The notes beneath the pieces were generated by a model. That model was not told where the DNA came from. It saw only the letters and a program-made list of their open reading frames with translations, and did not search any database. The translations under genes and the position numbers were made by a program. From positions 22,969-86,968 of the IMG/VR virus record IMGVR_UViG_3300033153_010610: a stretch of 64,000 nt of DNA; one strand, 5' to 3'. Positions within the stretch are counted from its first letter, which is position 1. The number at the start of each line of letters is the position of its first letter. This stretch comes from a virus. Below, piece after piece: positions 46,629 to 56,906 of this stretch.

Positions 46629-48461
46629 ATGCCACAATTTGTACTAGACCCGCTGGACTCAATCAACCTGGCTTTTGCTTTTGAGATTGTCCCGATTGAT
46701 CCCAAAAAGGGATCCAATTCTCCGTTTGGGCAGATCTCCAATCCAGCCACCGCACCTTCTCTGCAAGAGCGCACCCTCTTCTTGCTCTACATCAATCCTG
46801 AGTCCTATCAATGGAGCCGTCCTGGGGCGGTGTCGGTTCAGCCTGCTCAAGGAATTGTGTTCACAGACGATGTCGGAGCGGCAGTACAGAACCTGACGAT
46901 GTCCGGCCGATTCGGCGCCAAAGCTCGTGTTGCTCACAATCGATATGGCGAGAAAGCTGTCTTGACAGGGAAAGAGCAGTTCCTTGAGTTCGAGGGTTTC
47001 ATTGATGATTACCAGGAGCTCCGCCGGAACGGGCAACAAGTAGAACTCCGCTTCCATGCGTTTGCTTATGGGGACCATTTTGCTGTCGTTCCGAAATCGT
47101 TTGGAATGATGAAGAACAAGCAAACCAGGATTGGTTCTCCGGCATACCAATTCCAATTGCAGGCTTTCCGTAAACTCGACGAGGGGGATGGCCCTGTCTC
47201 GTTGTTCGAGACTGGTGTATTCGGGTTTGTTTCAGACCTAGTTGGGACGGTCAGCGGGTATGTAGACACTGTCACCATTGCAACAGCACAACTTGGCGCC
47301 ATCGTGAGCCTACCGCGGAGATTCCTCTCGCTCATTGACCCGCTGACTGAATCTCTAGAGGTCTTACTCTATGAGATTGGAGATGGGTTAGCCGAGGTCG
47401 AGAACTGGGATGGCTTTAATTTCCCTGCTTTTGACCGCATCACTCAGTTGTTTGATTCGACCCTTGCCCTATTTGAGCAGAATCTTCATTCCTCTGGAGA
47501 TGATACGGGTGCTGCACAGACGGCATACGACACGCTCGTTCCCATGGGGGACGCTCTGTACATCCTCCAGGGTATCTCGACTAGTGTCAGTGCTCGAGGG
47601 ACTCGGGCGGAGCGTTGGGGTCGTCAGATCGCATTGGACGTCGGCGTCTCTGATGAGACGGCTCAACTCTATGCTGATTGGATTTCTCCAGACGGTGGAA
47701 GTACTGAAGATGGTGCGGCCACGGCATCTATCATCGGCCAGAGGTTGCGGGTCGGGTCCATCCCGACGTTTGATGCCAGCGTGACTCAGATCGACAGCAC
47801 GTTGTCTAGGATGCGCCAGTACAGGGGGTGGTTACCGTACATCCTCTCTGAGAATGAGACGTTGCTGTCGATTGCCGCCCGCCAGTTTGGGTCGGCACAC
47901 CGATGGCTAGATATCGTTCTCGCCAACGACCTCCACCCACCGTTCATTGGACCTGGAGAGGGTTCAGCAGACGTGGGAGATATCATCCGGCTGCCCACGA
48001 TTGGGGGCGGCCCGTCGATTCCATTTTCAATTACAGTCGATGACCTCCCAGAGTTGAACCGAAATATCGAGAATCGCATATTCGGTGTAGACTTGAAAAT
48101 CAGTGAGGTGGGAGGAGCCATTGATTTGCAGATTGACACAGGGTCTGCAAACTTGGACTACTCAAACATTGAGGGCTTCGATTGCTTTGTGCAGCGCCTC
48201 GACAAGATTGTCCTGAAGACAGAGCGTGGTGACTTTGTGCTATTCCCGAGTATCGGTGTGGTATACCGCATCGGAAGCCAGAATCTTCCAGAGCAGAGCA
48301 TACTGCTAGTATTGAGTCTGCGTGAGGCTCTCTTGGGGGAGAGTGCTGTTCGGAGAATCCGGAACGAGAGCGCCATCGAGCAGGCAACCGGAACAATCAT
48401 CGAGTTCGACGTTGACACGTTCGCTTCCGGACCAATCAAAATTCAGCGGGCACTGGCATGA
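46629..48461 (+). CDS. Baseplate protein: tube-initiator-like + LysM + gp25-like fusion
   Basis: INPESY N-terminus; ENETLLSIAARQFGSAHRWLDIVLANDL LysM; GVDLK..IEGFD..KTERGD C-terminus. Confidence 0.7.
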   Translation: MPQFVLDPLDSINLAFAFEIVPIDPKKGSNSPFGQISNPATAPSLQERTLFLLYINPESYQWSRPGAVSVQPAQGIVFTDDVGAAVQNLTMSGRFGAKARVAHNRYGEKAVLTGKEQFLEFEGFIDDYQELRRNGQQVELRFHAFAYGDHFAVVPKSFGMMKNKQTRIGSPAYQFQLQAFRKLDEGDGPVSLFETGVFGFVSDLVGTVSGYVDTVTIATAQLGAIVSLPRRFLSLIDPLTESLEVLLYEIGDGLAEVENWDGFNFPAFDRITQLFDSTLALFEQNLHSSGDDTGAAQTAYDTLVPMGDALYILQGISTSVSARGTRAERWGRQIALDVGVSDETAQLYADWISPDGGSTEDGAATASIIGQRLRVGSIPTFDASVTQIDSTLSRMRQYRGWLPYILSENETLLSIAARQFGSAHRWLDIVLANDLHPPFIGPGEGSADVGDIIRLPTIGGGPSIPFSITVDDLPELNRNIENRIFGVDLKISEVGGAIDLQIDTGSANLDYSNIEGFDCFVQRLDKIVLKTERGDFVLFPSIGVVYRIGSQNLPEQSILLVLSLREALLGESAVRRIRNESAIEQATGTIIEFDVDTFASGPIKIQRALA

Positions 48462-49858
48462 CGATTCGTAATCCTCGGATACTATTTCGTGGCGAGCGTG
48501 AGCAGGCCATGTTGAATCGGGTCGTAGCCCGCACGACATTGAATGACACCCGTGATGCCTCGATGCTGCGAGCCATCCTGTCGGCCGCGGCTGCAGGCGA
48601 CGAACAGAACGCCATCAAGATTCTCTCGCTTCTCGATCTGTTCTCAATTGATCGAGCCGAGCGTAATGACCTGGATGAGCGGGCGGCTGACTATGGCGCG
48701 GTCTTGGGTGGAAACCTCCCGCCACGTACTACTGGGCGTGCAGCCCAGGGATCTCTTGAGTTTGTGAGGTCGTCCTCGAGCGGCGTCATCACTATCGCAG
48801 CAGGGACACGAGTACAGCGCAGTGGGGGCGGCAGGCGGATCGCGGCCGTCACGACGGTGGTTGGGACCATTGCGGACGGGGCTACTACATCTGGATTTGT
48901 GACGGCTGTCGCGGAACAGACAGGGAGCGACACAAACAGCGAGCCTGGGACATTCACCAAACTCCTGTCTCGGACTCCTGGTGTAAACTCAGTGACCAAC
49001 TCAGTTCCCTTCATTGGCGGGGAAGAGACTGAGTCGGATGGGAGCTTCCGAGAGCGGATCAAGAACTACATACGGAGCCTTCCGCTATGTACACCGAAGG
49101 CCTTTGAGGCGCTTGCTCTGCAGGTGGAACTCTCCTCAGGTCAACGCGTGCTCAGCGCAAAAGCTGTTGAGCGAGATGACCAGCCGGGCCGGGGCATCCT
49201 GTATATTGATGACGGGACTGGTACTGTAGCGGCTGGTGCCATACAGCCAGCTTCCGGCGAGACGGTGGTGGCTGTCGCTACAGGCGGCGAGACCCGGCTT
49301 CAATTGCAAAGATACCCTGTAGTCTCTGAGATGGCGATCTCAGTGATCGTCAATGGCACATTGCAAACAAGGGACGACGACTACTTCCTGATGCCTGGAA
49401 CTGGGGCAGTCCACTTGTCTGAGACGTCATTTCCGATAGGCCTGACGGCTGCTGACACGGTCACGGCAAGCTACAGTTATTACACAGGGTTGATAGCTGA
49501 GACCCAATGGCGAGTGGATGGGCGGGCAGACAGCCCCGTACTCTACCCAGGATGGAGAGCGTTCGGCGCGCATATCCTGGTGAAACCACCCATCACCCAA
49601 TTCATCACTATTGATGCTGTCATCACAATGAAGCCTGGATATGTACGGTCCACGGCTGCCAGTAGGGCTAAGGCTGCCATCAGCCAGTACATCAACTATT
49701 TGCCCATTGGTAGTGATGTCATCAGGAACGAAGTAATTGAGCGGATCATGGTTGTCCCGGGCATCTTTGATCTGAACTTGACAAGCCCGAGCTCGAATGT
49801 ACCCATTGGTGATACCACGGTCGCACGTGTTATCGCGGCGGGTCTTCTCATTCGGTAG
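48458..49858 (+). CDS. Baseplate J-like wedge protein
   Basis: AERNDLDERAADYG, TIAAGTRV, VTNSVPFIGGEETESDGSFRERIKNY, YINYLPIGSDV. Confidence 0.9.
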   Translation: MTIRNPRILFRGEREQAMLNRVVARTTLNDTRDASMLRAILSAAAAGDEQNAIKILSLLDLFSIDRAERNDLDERAADYGAVLGGNLPPRTTGRAAQGSLEFVRSSSSGVITIAAGTRVQRSGGGRRIAAVTTVVGTIADGATTSGFVTAVAEQTGSDTNSEPGTFTKLLSRTPGVNSVTNSVPFIGGEETESDGSFRERIKNYIRSLPLCTPKAFEALALQVELSSGQRVLSAKAVERDDQPGRGILYIDDGTGTVAAGAIQPASGETVVAVATGGETRLQLQRYPVVSEMAISVIVNGTLQTRDDDYFLMPGTGAVHLSETSFPIGLTAADTVTASYSYYTGLIAETQWRVDGRADSPVLYPGWRAFGAHILVKPPITQFITIDAVITMKPGYVRSTAASRAKAAISQYINYLPIGSDVIRNEVIERIMVVPGIFDLNLTSPSSNVPIGDTTVARVIAAGLLIR

Positions 49859-49869
49859 ATGAGGAAAGT

Positions 49870-52428
49870 ATGGCGACGCCCATAGCAGTTGTTACAGCCC
49901 TCCCGCAGAGCTTTGCGGCATCAGCCTTGCCTCAGTTGGTAACGCTTGGGTCCGTTGGTTCGTTCGACGCCGATGGGTTTGCGATCACTGGGTATCAGTG
50001 GACGTTGCTGTACGCACCCCCTGGGTCTGCGGCGGCCCTATCTTCTGCTGTCGTGGCTGCGCCTACCTTCACCGCAGATGTCATCGGCAGTTATCTGTTC
50101 TTCCTGGTCGTCACCTCTACGGACCCAGACCCGACGAGCGATCAGTCCGAGATAGTGGCCAGGAGCGCGCCCAGTTCTGCGTTCGTCTCAGTGACTGCAG
50201 AGACCGCAAACTACGACTGGCACATCCCGGCGTCTGGTGAGCGGAACTGGGCTGACCATCTCTACGAGATTTTCACAGAACTCGATGTTGCGATTGGGCA
50301 GACCAATCTAGTCCAAGGCAGTTCGACATTCGGTGGAGATGTCGGCGCGACCACGATGCTATCGCCCCGAACGCTCACCGTTGAAGGCATCACCTGGCTC
50401 GACCAGGCGGTCGGTACGGGCTCTGTGGGGAATCCGCTGAGGATTGCTGGGCAGACAGGAAGCGACGCCTCAGGGGCCATTGCAGGTACAATCGGGGGCC
50501 TTGCTCGAGTGCGAGCTGGTGATGGTGGTTCTGCGGATGCAACGAATGCTGGAGGGACCTCTGCTGCAGGCGCACTTGCGTCCGTCGTTGCAGGCACCGG
50601 TGGAGACGGTGAAGATGGGGCCAACCCCCATGCTGCTGCTACTGGTGGTGGCCTCGACCTGTTCAGTGGGCCTGGTGGCGCTGGAGATGCAACGCAGGGT
50701 GGAGCCAGTGGCGCTGTCAACATCGCGAGCAGTCCAGCAGGCGTAATTGCTGGCGCTGCAGGCGTGTGGCAAGCGGCAGGAGCTCCCAGTGGTCAGGTAC
50801 TCATCCGGAGTGGTGTTCCGGGAGATGGTGTCAACGGTGGTACAGGCGTAGGCGTCGCAAACGGTGGAGCGTCTGGCGGTGTTGCTCTGAACAGCCGTGA
50901 CGGTGGTGCGGGTGATGCAGGTGCAGCCGGCTCAAGCGGTCGCGGTGGCGCGTCTGGCGGTGTCAGTGTCTACACCGGTGATGCAGGTGCAGGTGCTTCG
51001 GATGGCGTAGTGAACGTCACCGGTGCAAATGCTGGGGCTTTAGTCATCGGGGGTGGAGACGGAGCCGACGGGGCTGGCCCGGCTGCTGCTGGTGGATCTG
51101 GGGCCACGATTGCGATTACCGCCGGTGATGCTGGCGACCGGACTGGTGCTGGCGCCGCTGGTAGTCCTGGTCATGTTTATGTCCAGGCTGGTGATGGTGG
51201 AGCCGGTGGTGTCGGCGGTAACGTACGTATTCGTGGCGGACAGATAGGGACTGGTACTGCAACTGGCGATATCGTAGTTGGAGATACCCAGACCACGTCC
51301 GTCCTCATCGGGAAAGCTGCAGCCACACACAGCAGGTACTTTGAACTCGAGGGCTCGTTCTGGATTGATGGGGCACGCGGAACCACCAATTATATTCAGA
51401 CGCTCAACGGTACACTAGCTGCCGGTGACCCGGGTGACTTCACCATCCTTCTGGGGGATGGTGATAATAGCGATGGGGTCACTGGAGCCCAGTCAGGCGG
51501 GCTTCATCTCGTGTGGTCAGGTGACGGTGGTGATGGAGCCGTTGGCCACAATGCAGGTCAAGGCGCCAGCCAATCTTACCAAACAGGACGTGGTGGTGAT
51601 GCCACAGTCGTCACAGTCAATTCAGGCCAGGGCGGCGACTTCATTTGGGTTAGTGGTGGTGGTGGTGATGGTGGCGCTGCTACAGCTACCGCTCGAGATG
51701 CAGGAGATTGGCTCTCAACGCTTGGCACTGGCGGGAACGGGAGCACTGCAGCAGATGGTGGCCAGGGCGGGTCATACGACTTCATATCCGGGTTTGGCGG
51801 CCTCAACTCCTCTGGGCTCAATGGCGGTCTCGGGGGTGATTTCACCTTCACGGCCCGTAAGGGTGGGGACGCGAGTGCTGGCAATGGAGATGGCGGTAAA
51901 GGTGGGTCATTCTCGTTTGTAGGTGGGGCTGGAGGTACTGGGTTCGGGGCTGGTGTTGGTGGTGATGCAGGGGATATCTACATCACATGCCTAGCAGCTG
52001 GAGCGACACCAACTCCTGGAACCTACGGGCAGATCAAGATCGGCCATCAGTCAACCAGACTCACCACGATTGGGAGTGGTGGAGATGCTGGCCATGACGC
52101 CCGGATACTGGTAGACGGCGGGCTTGAGACCCGTACCGAAGACATTGCCATCACGTCCACCATCGACGCCTCAACCACCGTAGTGTTCGCGACTGCCGGC
52201 GGAATCACGCTTTCTATCCCGGCAGAGATGGTTCAGGCTGGACGCCACCTCATCATTAAAGACCGAAACGGTGCGGCTGCTGGAGCCAATATTTTGATCA
52301 ATACAGTGGGCGCGGAGCTCATCCAAATGGGGACTTCGTCTCTTGCTGCTGGAGTAACTCTGAGTATCAACTTCCAGGTCCTCCATCTAGTTTGCGATGG
52401 CACCCATTGGTACGACGTCAACGGTTAG
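49870..52428 (+). CDS. PKD/Ig-like + polyglycine-rich fibre/adhesin
   Basis: SFDADG..ITGYQWTL..PTFTADVIGSY; ~550 aa of GDGG/GGxG repeats; C-terminal DGTHWY. Confidence 0.7.
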   Translation: MATPIAVVTALPQSFAASALPQLVTLGSVGSFDADGFAITGYQWTLLYAPPGSAAALSSAVVAAPTFTADVIGSYLFFLVVTSTDPDPTSDQSEIVARSAPSSAFVSVTAETANYDWHIPASGERNWADHLYEIFTELDVAIGQTNLVQGSSTFGGDVGATTMLSPRTLTVEGITWLDQAVGTGSVGNPLRIAGQTGSDASGAIAGTIGGLARVRAGDGGSADATNAGGTSAAGALASVVAGTGGDGEDGANPHAAATGGGLDLFSGPGGAGDATQGGASGAVNIASSPAGVIAGAAGVWQAAGAPSGQVLIRSGVPGDGVNGGTGVGVANGGASGGVALNSRDGGAGDAGAAGSSGRGGASGGVSVYTGDAGAGASDGVVNVTGANAGALVIGGGDGADGAGPAAAGGSGATIAITAGDAGDRTGAGAAGSPGHVYVQAGDGGAGGVGGNVRIRGGQIGTGTATGDIVVGDTQTTSVLIGKAAATHSRYFELEGSFWIDGARGTTNYIQTLNGTLAAGDPGDFTILLGDGDNSDGVTGAQSGGLHLVWSGDGGDGAVGHNAGQGASQSYQTGRGGDATVVTVNSGQGGDFIWVSGGGGDGGAATATARDAGDWLSTLGTGGNGSTAADGGQGGSYDFISGFGGLNSSGLNGGLGGDFTFTARKGGDASAGNGDGGKGGSFSFVGGAGGTGFGAGVGGDAGDIYITCLAAGATPTPGTYGQIKIGHQSTRLTTIGSGGDAGHDARILVDGGLETRTEDIAITSTIDASTTVVFATAGGITLSIPAEMVQAGRHLIIKDRNGAAAGANILINTVGAELIQMGTSSLAAGVTLSINFQVLHLVCDGTHWYDVNG

Positions 52429-52436
52429 GAGCGGAC

Positions 52437-54323
52437 ATGTCCAAGATATTCTCGCAGTTCAATCCGCTCTTTGCACAGTCAACCCCATTCAGTTTGTTGG
52501 GGCTGACGGCCGCGGGAACGACCAATGACGCGTTCACCGTCAACAACGACGCGACCACTGCGAACGAGGATTCAAGCCTCCGGCTGCAGGGTGGTAATGG
52601 TGCGGCCATTGTTGAGCACAGGATAGAGCAGGACAGTAGCCTCGGTACGTTGTCGGCGTACAAGCTTGTCACAGGAGTGCAGGCCGGGACAATCATGTCC
52701 ATGGGTCAACGCACCCAGGTTGCGGACCTCGAGCAGACCCTGGAGTTCGCCGGCGGTGATGGGGTCACCCCTGTGGTGGCTTCTCTGACGTTCAGCGACA
52801 CCCTCGGGCAAATGCAGTACATGCAGGAGAGCCCGATTGGTACGTCGATTGACTCTCGACTGAAGGTTGGTGACCCGAGCTCAATTACCTCTCGTGATGG
52901 TAGCGTCGCGGTCGTGGGGGCCGACGGAACCACAGTCGCTGAGTTCACGATCGAGGTGGCTCCGGCAGGAATCACTCTCGGTTCTGCTCGTATCTCAGGT
53001 CCTGTCACGACTGCTGGACTCCCGACAACCATCTCTGGAGACGATGGTGTCACCACAGGAGACGGCGGTGCCCTGACCATCATCCCCGGTGACTCTCCTG
53101 CTGGGACCCTGGGGGTCCTGAACCTCGGGACGTCTCAGACCAGCGTCGTGAACCTCGGGCTCGCGGCAGGTACCAATACGGTACGTGGCGTCACCAACAT
53201 CGGGTCTGGAACAGGCGCTGTAGCAACAGGAGATGGAGACCTATACGTCTCCTCGAACTTCGAGTCGAACGGACCTTCTGTCTTCAAAGATACTCTGCTT
53301 TGCGAGGCAAACCTGACCCTTGCAGACGATCAGAGTCTGGTATTTGGCACCGGTGGGAACTCAGTACTAAAATGGTCCACAACTGAGACTCCTGATTCAG
53401 TTGTCTGGGGTCTTGATAACACGACCAAGTCTTTGATCTTGACCACAGCGACTAACGCTGGATTTGACCATGGTCATACTCATTCAGTTGGTCACCCATC
53501 ATTGATCATCTACAGCGTTGATCCTCCGTCGGCGGGCGACTGGCTCAAGATGTACCACGACGGAAATGGAATCATCCTAAGTGGTGGCCAGGGCATGTAC
53601 TTGCTCACCTCTGGCAACTCCGAGGAGCGTGAGTTTGTAGAAGTTGGGGCGCCTGTACTAAGGTGTGCGGGGAACCTAGACGTTGAAGGTTTTGACGTAC
53701 GCCCCCCACAGTATGCCGCCTGGCAATACGGTAATGCGACAACTGGGTGGACTACTGTAGGCGGAATTAGCACGCCAACCATCACCGCTGACGCGACCGC
53801 CAACTGGATCGGGACTGGAACATCCCCTGGGGAGCAGATCTCGACGTCAGCTATTTCAGGTAATGTCGCCAAGGTCTATGACAACACCGGCAACCATCCC
53901 ACTCTCGGGAAGTTCTTCTTCAGCGCGACAGTCACCACCAGAGCCAGTATTGCTGATGAGCGCATTTGGATCGGGATGTTCTTTAGTGACCCAACAGGTA
54001 GTGATACCCCGGCTGTTGACTTGATCGGATTCCGGTTTCGAGCCGCGGCTGATGCCAGTTGGTTCGGCGTCACCTCAGATGGCGCAACGCATACTGAAGT
54101 TGATCTGAGTACTAGCGTGGTAGTCAGTACCAGATATCATTTGGGTATGTTGTGTGATGTGAACTCCGGCTCAGTGAAATTCTACGTCAATGGGGCTTTC
54201 GTAGGTGAATCCACAACGAACCTGCCAAACTCAGCCACTTTGGCTGCATGGGCAGCCATCGAGACAACCACAACGACCGTGAAAGAAATGGTAGTCCACA
54301 ACGTCGTGATGCAGTGGAGATGA
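52437..54323 (+). CDS. Tail fibre with C-terminal lectin-like domain
   Basis: AGGAG RBS; shares modules with the 39532 fibre; VKFYVNGAFVG. Confidence 0.7.
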   Translation: MSKIFSQFNPLFAQSTPFSLLGLTAAGTTNDAFTVNNDATTANEDSSLRLQGGNGAAIVEHRIEQDSSLGTLSAYKLVTGVQAGTIMSMGQRTQVADLEQTLEFAGGDGVTPVVASLTFSDTLGQMQYMQESPIGTSIDSRLKVGDPSSITSRDGSVAVVGADGTTVAEFTIEVAPAGITLGSARISGPVTTAGLPTTISGDDGVTTGDGGALTIIPGDSPAGTLGVLNLGTSQTSVVNLGLAAGTNTVRGVTNIGSGTGAVATGDGDLYVSSNFESNGPSVFKDTLLCEANLTLADDQSLVFGTGGNSVLKWSTTETPDSVVWGLDNTTKSLILTTATNAGFDHGHTHSVGHPSLIIYSVDPPSAGDWLKMYHDGNGIILSGGQGMYLLTSGNSEEREFVEVGAPVLRCAGNLDVEGFDVRPPQYAAWQYGNATTGWTTVGGISTPTITADATANWIGTGTSPGEQISTSAISGNVAKVYDNTGNHPTLGKFFFSATVTTRASIADERIWIGMFFSDPTGSDTPAVDLIGFRFRAAADASWFGVTSDGATHTEVDLSTSVVVSTRYHLGMLCDVNSGSVKFYVNGAFVGESTTNLPNSATLAAWAAIETTTTTVKEMVVHNVVMQWR

Positions 54324-54331
54324 GGTAGGAC

Positions 54332-54895
54332 ATGGCAGTATTTGAACTCACACTGGACACCATCTCATTGCTGCCAGTTCTTCTGACGGACGGGGCCGGC
54401 GGTGCTGTGACGGCTGTGTTGAAGGCACAGATCGACCCGTACTTCGTCAAGGCTGGCGGGGCTGCAACGCAGCTTCCAGCGGCAGACTTTGACTGGGCAG
54501 AAATTGATGCGGCCAACATGCCTGGCCAGTACACCCTGACAATCAATGCTGTTGGGGTTGCCAACAGCCGCCTCGACACGATGGGCGTATTTCTGTTGAC
54601 CATCAAGGAAGATGCCGTCGGTCCTCCAGTCTTTGTGGCCTACCCAACGATCTCCTACGTGGTGCCGCTGGTGACCTGGGACCTACTGAGGCGCTTGAGG
54701 GCATGGTCTGGCGTCAACTACCGAATCTTCCCTGTGACCTATGATTCCGTCAGTGGAGAAATCAAGACTGGGTCCGTCAAGATCTACCCTGACGCAGCAT
54801 CGGCTGCGGCTGATGTCAACGTCATCGAGACAGGCACGTTGACTGCAGCGTATGATGTCAATGGTCGAGTGACTTCGTACAGAATCACGGTGTAG
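54332..54895 (+). CDS. Putative virion protein
   Basis: WAEIDAANMPGQYTL; beta-rich. Confidence 0.55.
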   Translation: MAVFELTLDTISLLPVLLTDGAGGAVTAVLKAQIDPYFVKAGGAATQLPAADFDWAEIDAANMPGQYTLTINAVGVANSRLDTMGVFLLTIKEDAVGPPVFVAYPTISYVVPLVTWDLLRRLRAWSGVNYRIFPVTYDSVSGEIKTGSVKIYPDAASAAADVNVIETGTLTAAYDVNGRVTSYRITV

Positions 54896-54898
54896 TCA

Positions 54899-55555
54899 AT
54901 GCCAACCCGTAAGGACAGACTCTCCATTCTGAAGGGAACGGGGCAAGCCTCTCGAGGCATCATCGAGGGTGAGTCTGCCACCGGTTTAACCTTTGCAGAA
55001 ATCCTGGCTCCCATCGGAGCTCCTTGCGAGGGATATGGCGACGAGATCGGGGAGATTGGTGGGTACGGGAACGAGGAGACAGGCTACGGAAGCCCCTGTG
55101 TAGTCGAGGGATGGTCTGTGGCCGCGGTCCTCGAAGAGGGAATCCCCTTCTCCGAGGTGTCTGACATCGACCCATCCGGTCAATTGTCTGTCTCTGTTCG
55201 CGAGGATGGTGGCGAGCTCATCGTGCTCGGCAGCACGTCGCCTATCACCCCGGGGCCACACACAGTCATGATTCAGCCTGTGGGGACCACCCACGAGTTG
55301 CGGGCTTACTCGGGGGTCAGAGGTCAGGGGTACGTCATCTACCCGGACACCGAGCGTAACGAACTGGTGTTTGTGGCTCCTTTGACGACCCAATTGGGCC
55401 CTGCGAACATCATTCTCTCTCGCATCTCAGGAACGGTAACGATCACCGGGCTGCTGACGTACATCCCGTTCAGCCGCCGGTCTGGAACGACGTTCCTTCA
55501 GTCCCTTCTTCCGAAGAACTGGCTGGTAGGTTCCTATGACCCGAGCTTGACATGA
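54899..55555 (+). CDS. Putative virion/baseplate protein
   Basis: GYG repeats, Ig-like C-half; coupled to the next gene. Confidence 0.55.
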   Translation: MPTRKDRLSILKGTGQASRGIIEGESATGLTFAEILAPIGAPCEGYGDEIGEIGGYGNEETGYGSPCVVEGWSVAAVLEEGIPFSEVSDIDPSGQLSVSVREDGGELIVLGSTSPITPGPHTVMIQPVGTTHELRAYSGVRGQGYVIYPDTERNELVFVAPLTTQLGPANIILSRISGTVTITGLLTYIPFSRRSGTTFLQSLLPKNWLVGSYDPSLT

Positions 55556-56817
55556 CGGCATTACGCGCCAATCTGAGAGCCTTGCTCGAAGCGATCGGGG
55601 AGTCTGACACCTTGATTGGAGGGAGCCTCGAGACCATCTTGAGGACTCCACTGGCGTGGAATGGCGCGACGATTGAAGTCGTTACGACGGAGAGCTTCCC
55701 GTCTCCGACAGTGCTCGCGCTCGATGGTGAAGCCATCACGGTCACCGTACTTGACTCAGATACGTTCACAGTGGTGTCGCGACCTTTGGCCCACCCGGCA
55801 ACACCTATAGTGGCTCCTGGTTCGCGCGTTTACGACATCGGCCGAGTGTACTCGGAACTAGACATAGCTCGGCTGCAATTGCTCGTGAACTATGCAACTG
55901 GTGACTACCTCAGCCACATCGGTGAGAATTATGGAGTGGGTCGACCTGGATTCCGAGGGTCACCACTGTTCCTGACGGATGACCTGTACCGAGAGTACGT
56001 CAAGATCATCAGTTTCCTCCAAGCCGGCCCACGTTACGGCATCATGCGTGTGCTCTACGCAATGTTCCCTCCGACCATTCTCACCGGAACAGTGCATGCT
56101 ACGAATGAAGTCCGCGTTACATTTGCTGGACCGCTCTTGCCTAAGCATCTGAAACGAGGCCTAATCCGAGTCGGTGACGACTACCACCGCATCGTCTCTA
56201 TCGACCCGGGCCGAACTTGGATTGACCTCTCGAATCGAGCCGGACCCACTTGGTCAAGGGCTCAGTTCACTCTCGGCACGCCCATCGTGGTTGAACTCAT
56301 ACCGTGGGATATCTGGGAAGAGCCTGACGAGCCAGGTCGGTTCTACATTGAGTTGTACCAGACAGGCATCGTTGGTCTCCCATACGGATCAACGTACATC
56401 CAGGGTGGAGAGGCGCAGACCTCGTCCAACAACGTCACCGTGACCATCAATGATACGCCGACACAGGTTCTTGGGGTGTGGCTGTCGACAGACATAGAGC
56501 GCAGCGGGACAAACTACTACAGCCTTGGCAGTAGTTTCTTGGGCCCCGTGCTGACGCTCGCGACGCCCCTCCCCGGCGCACTTACGGCTGTGCTCGTTGA
56601 CTACGGAGCGGTTGCCCCTGGCACGGCTCAAGTACTAGAGGACGTGACTGACATCGCTGGGAACGACATTGAGAACAGCCCGGTCGGTACGTACTGGCCA
56701 GCCTATCTCTCAAACTACTCCGCCTATCTGACCGAGTCCGGAGTCCTGGAACTAATTCGCGCGTTTGGTGCGCTCCCGGTAGTATCGGACGGCGCCACAT
56801 GGGTGTTTGGTCCATAG
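55552..56817 (+). CDS. Baseplate wedge protein (P2 gpI-like)
   Basis: ATGDYLSHIGENYGVGRP..TDDLYREYV. Confidence 0.7.
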   Translation: MTALRANLRALLEAIGESDTLIGGSLETILRTPLAWNGATIEVVTTESFPSPTVLALDGEAITVTVLDSDTFTVVSRPLAHPATPIVAPGSRVYDIGRVYSELDIARLQLLVNYATGDYLSHIGENYGVGRPGFRGSPLFLTDDLYREYVKIISFLQAGPRYGIMRVLYAMFPPTILTGTVHATNEVRVTFAGPLLPKHLKRGLIRVGDDYHRIVSIDPGRTWIDLSNRAGPTWSRAQFTLGTPIVVELIPWDIWEEPDEPGRFYIELYQTGIVGLPYGSTYIQGGEAQTSSNNVTVTINDTPTQVLGVWLSTDIERSGTNYYSLGSSFLGPVLTLATPLPGALTAVLVDYGAVAPGTAQVLEDVTDIAGNDIENSPVGTYWPAYLSNYSAYLTESGVLELIRAFGALPVVSDGATWVFGP

Positions 56818-56822
56818 GAGGT

Positions 56823-56897
56823 ATGATGAGTACAGCAATACTGGTGATAAGCGTCAGTGTGCTCCTGATCAGTTCCTCCTATCTGAGCAAAGAGTGA
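56823..56897 (+). CDS. Possible 24-aa hydrophobic peptide
   Basis: AGGAGGT then MMSTAILVISVSVLLISSSYLSKE*. Confidence 0.3.
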   Translation: MMSTAILVISVSVLLISSSYLSKE

Positions 56898-56906
56898 GAC
56901 CACGAT

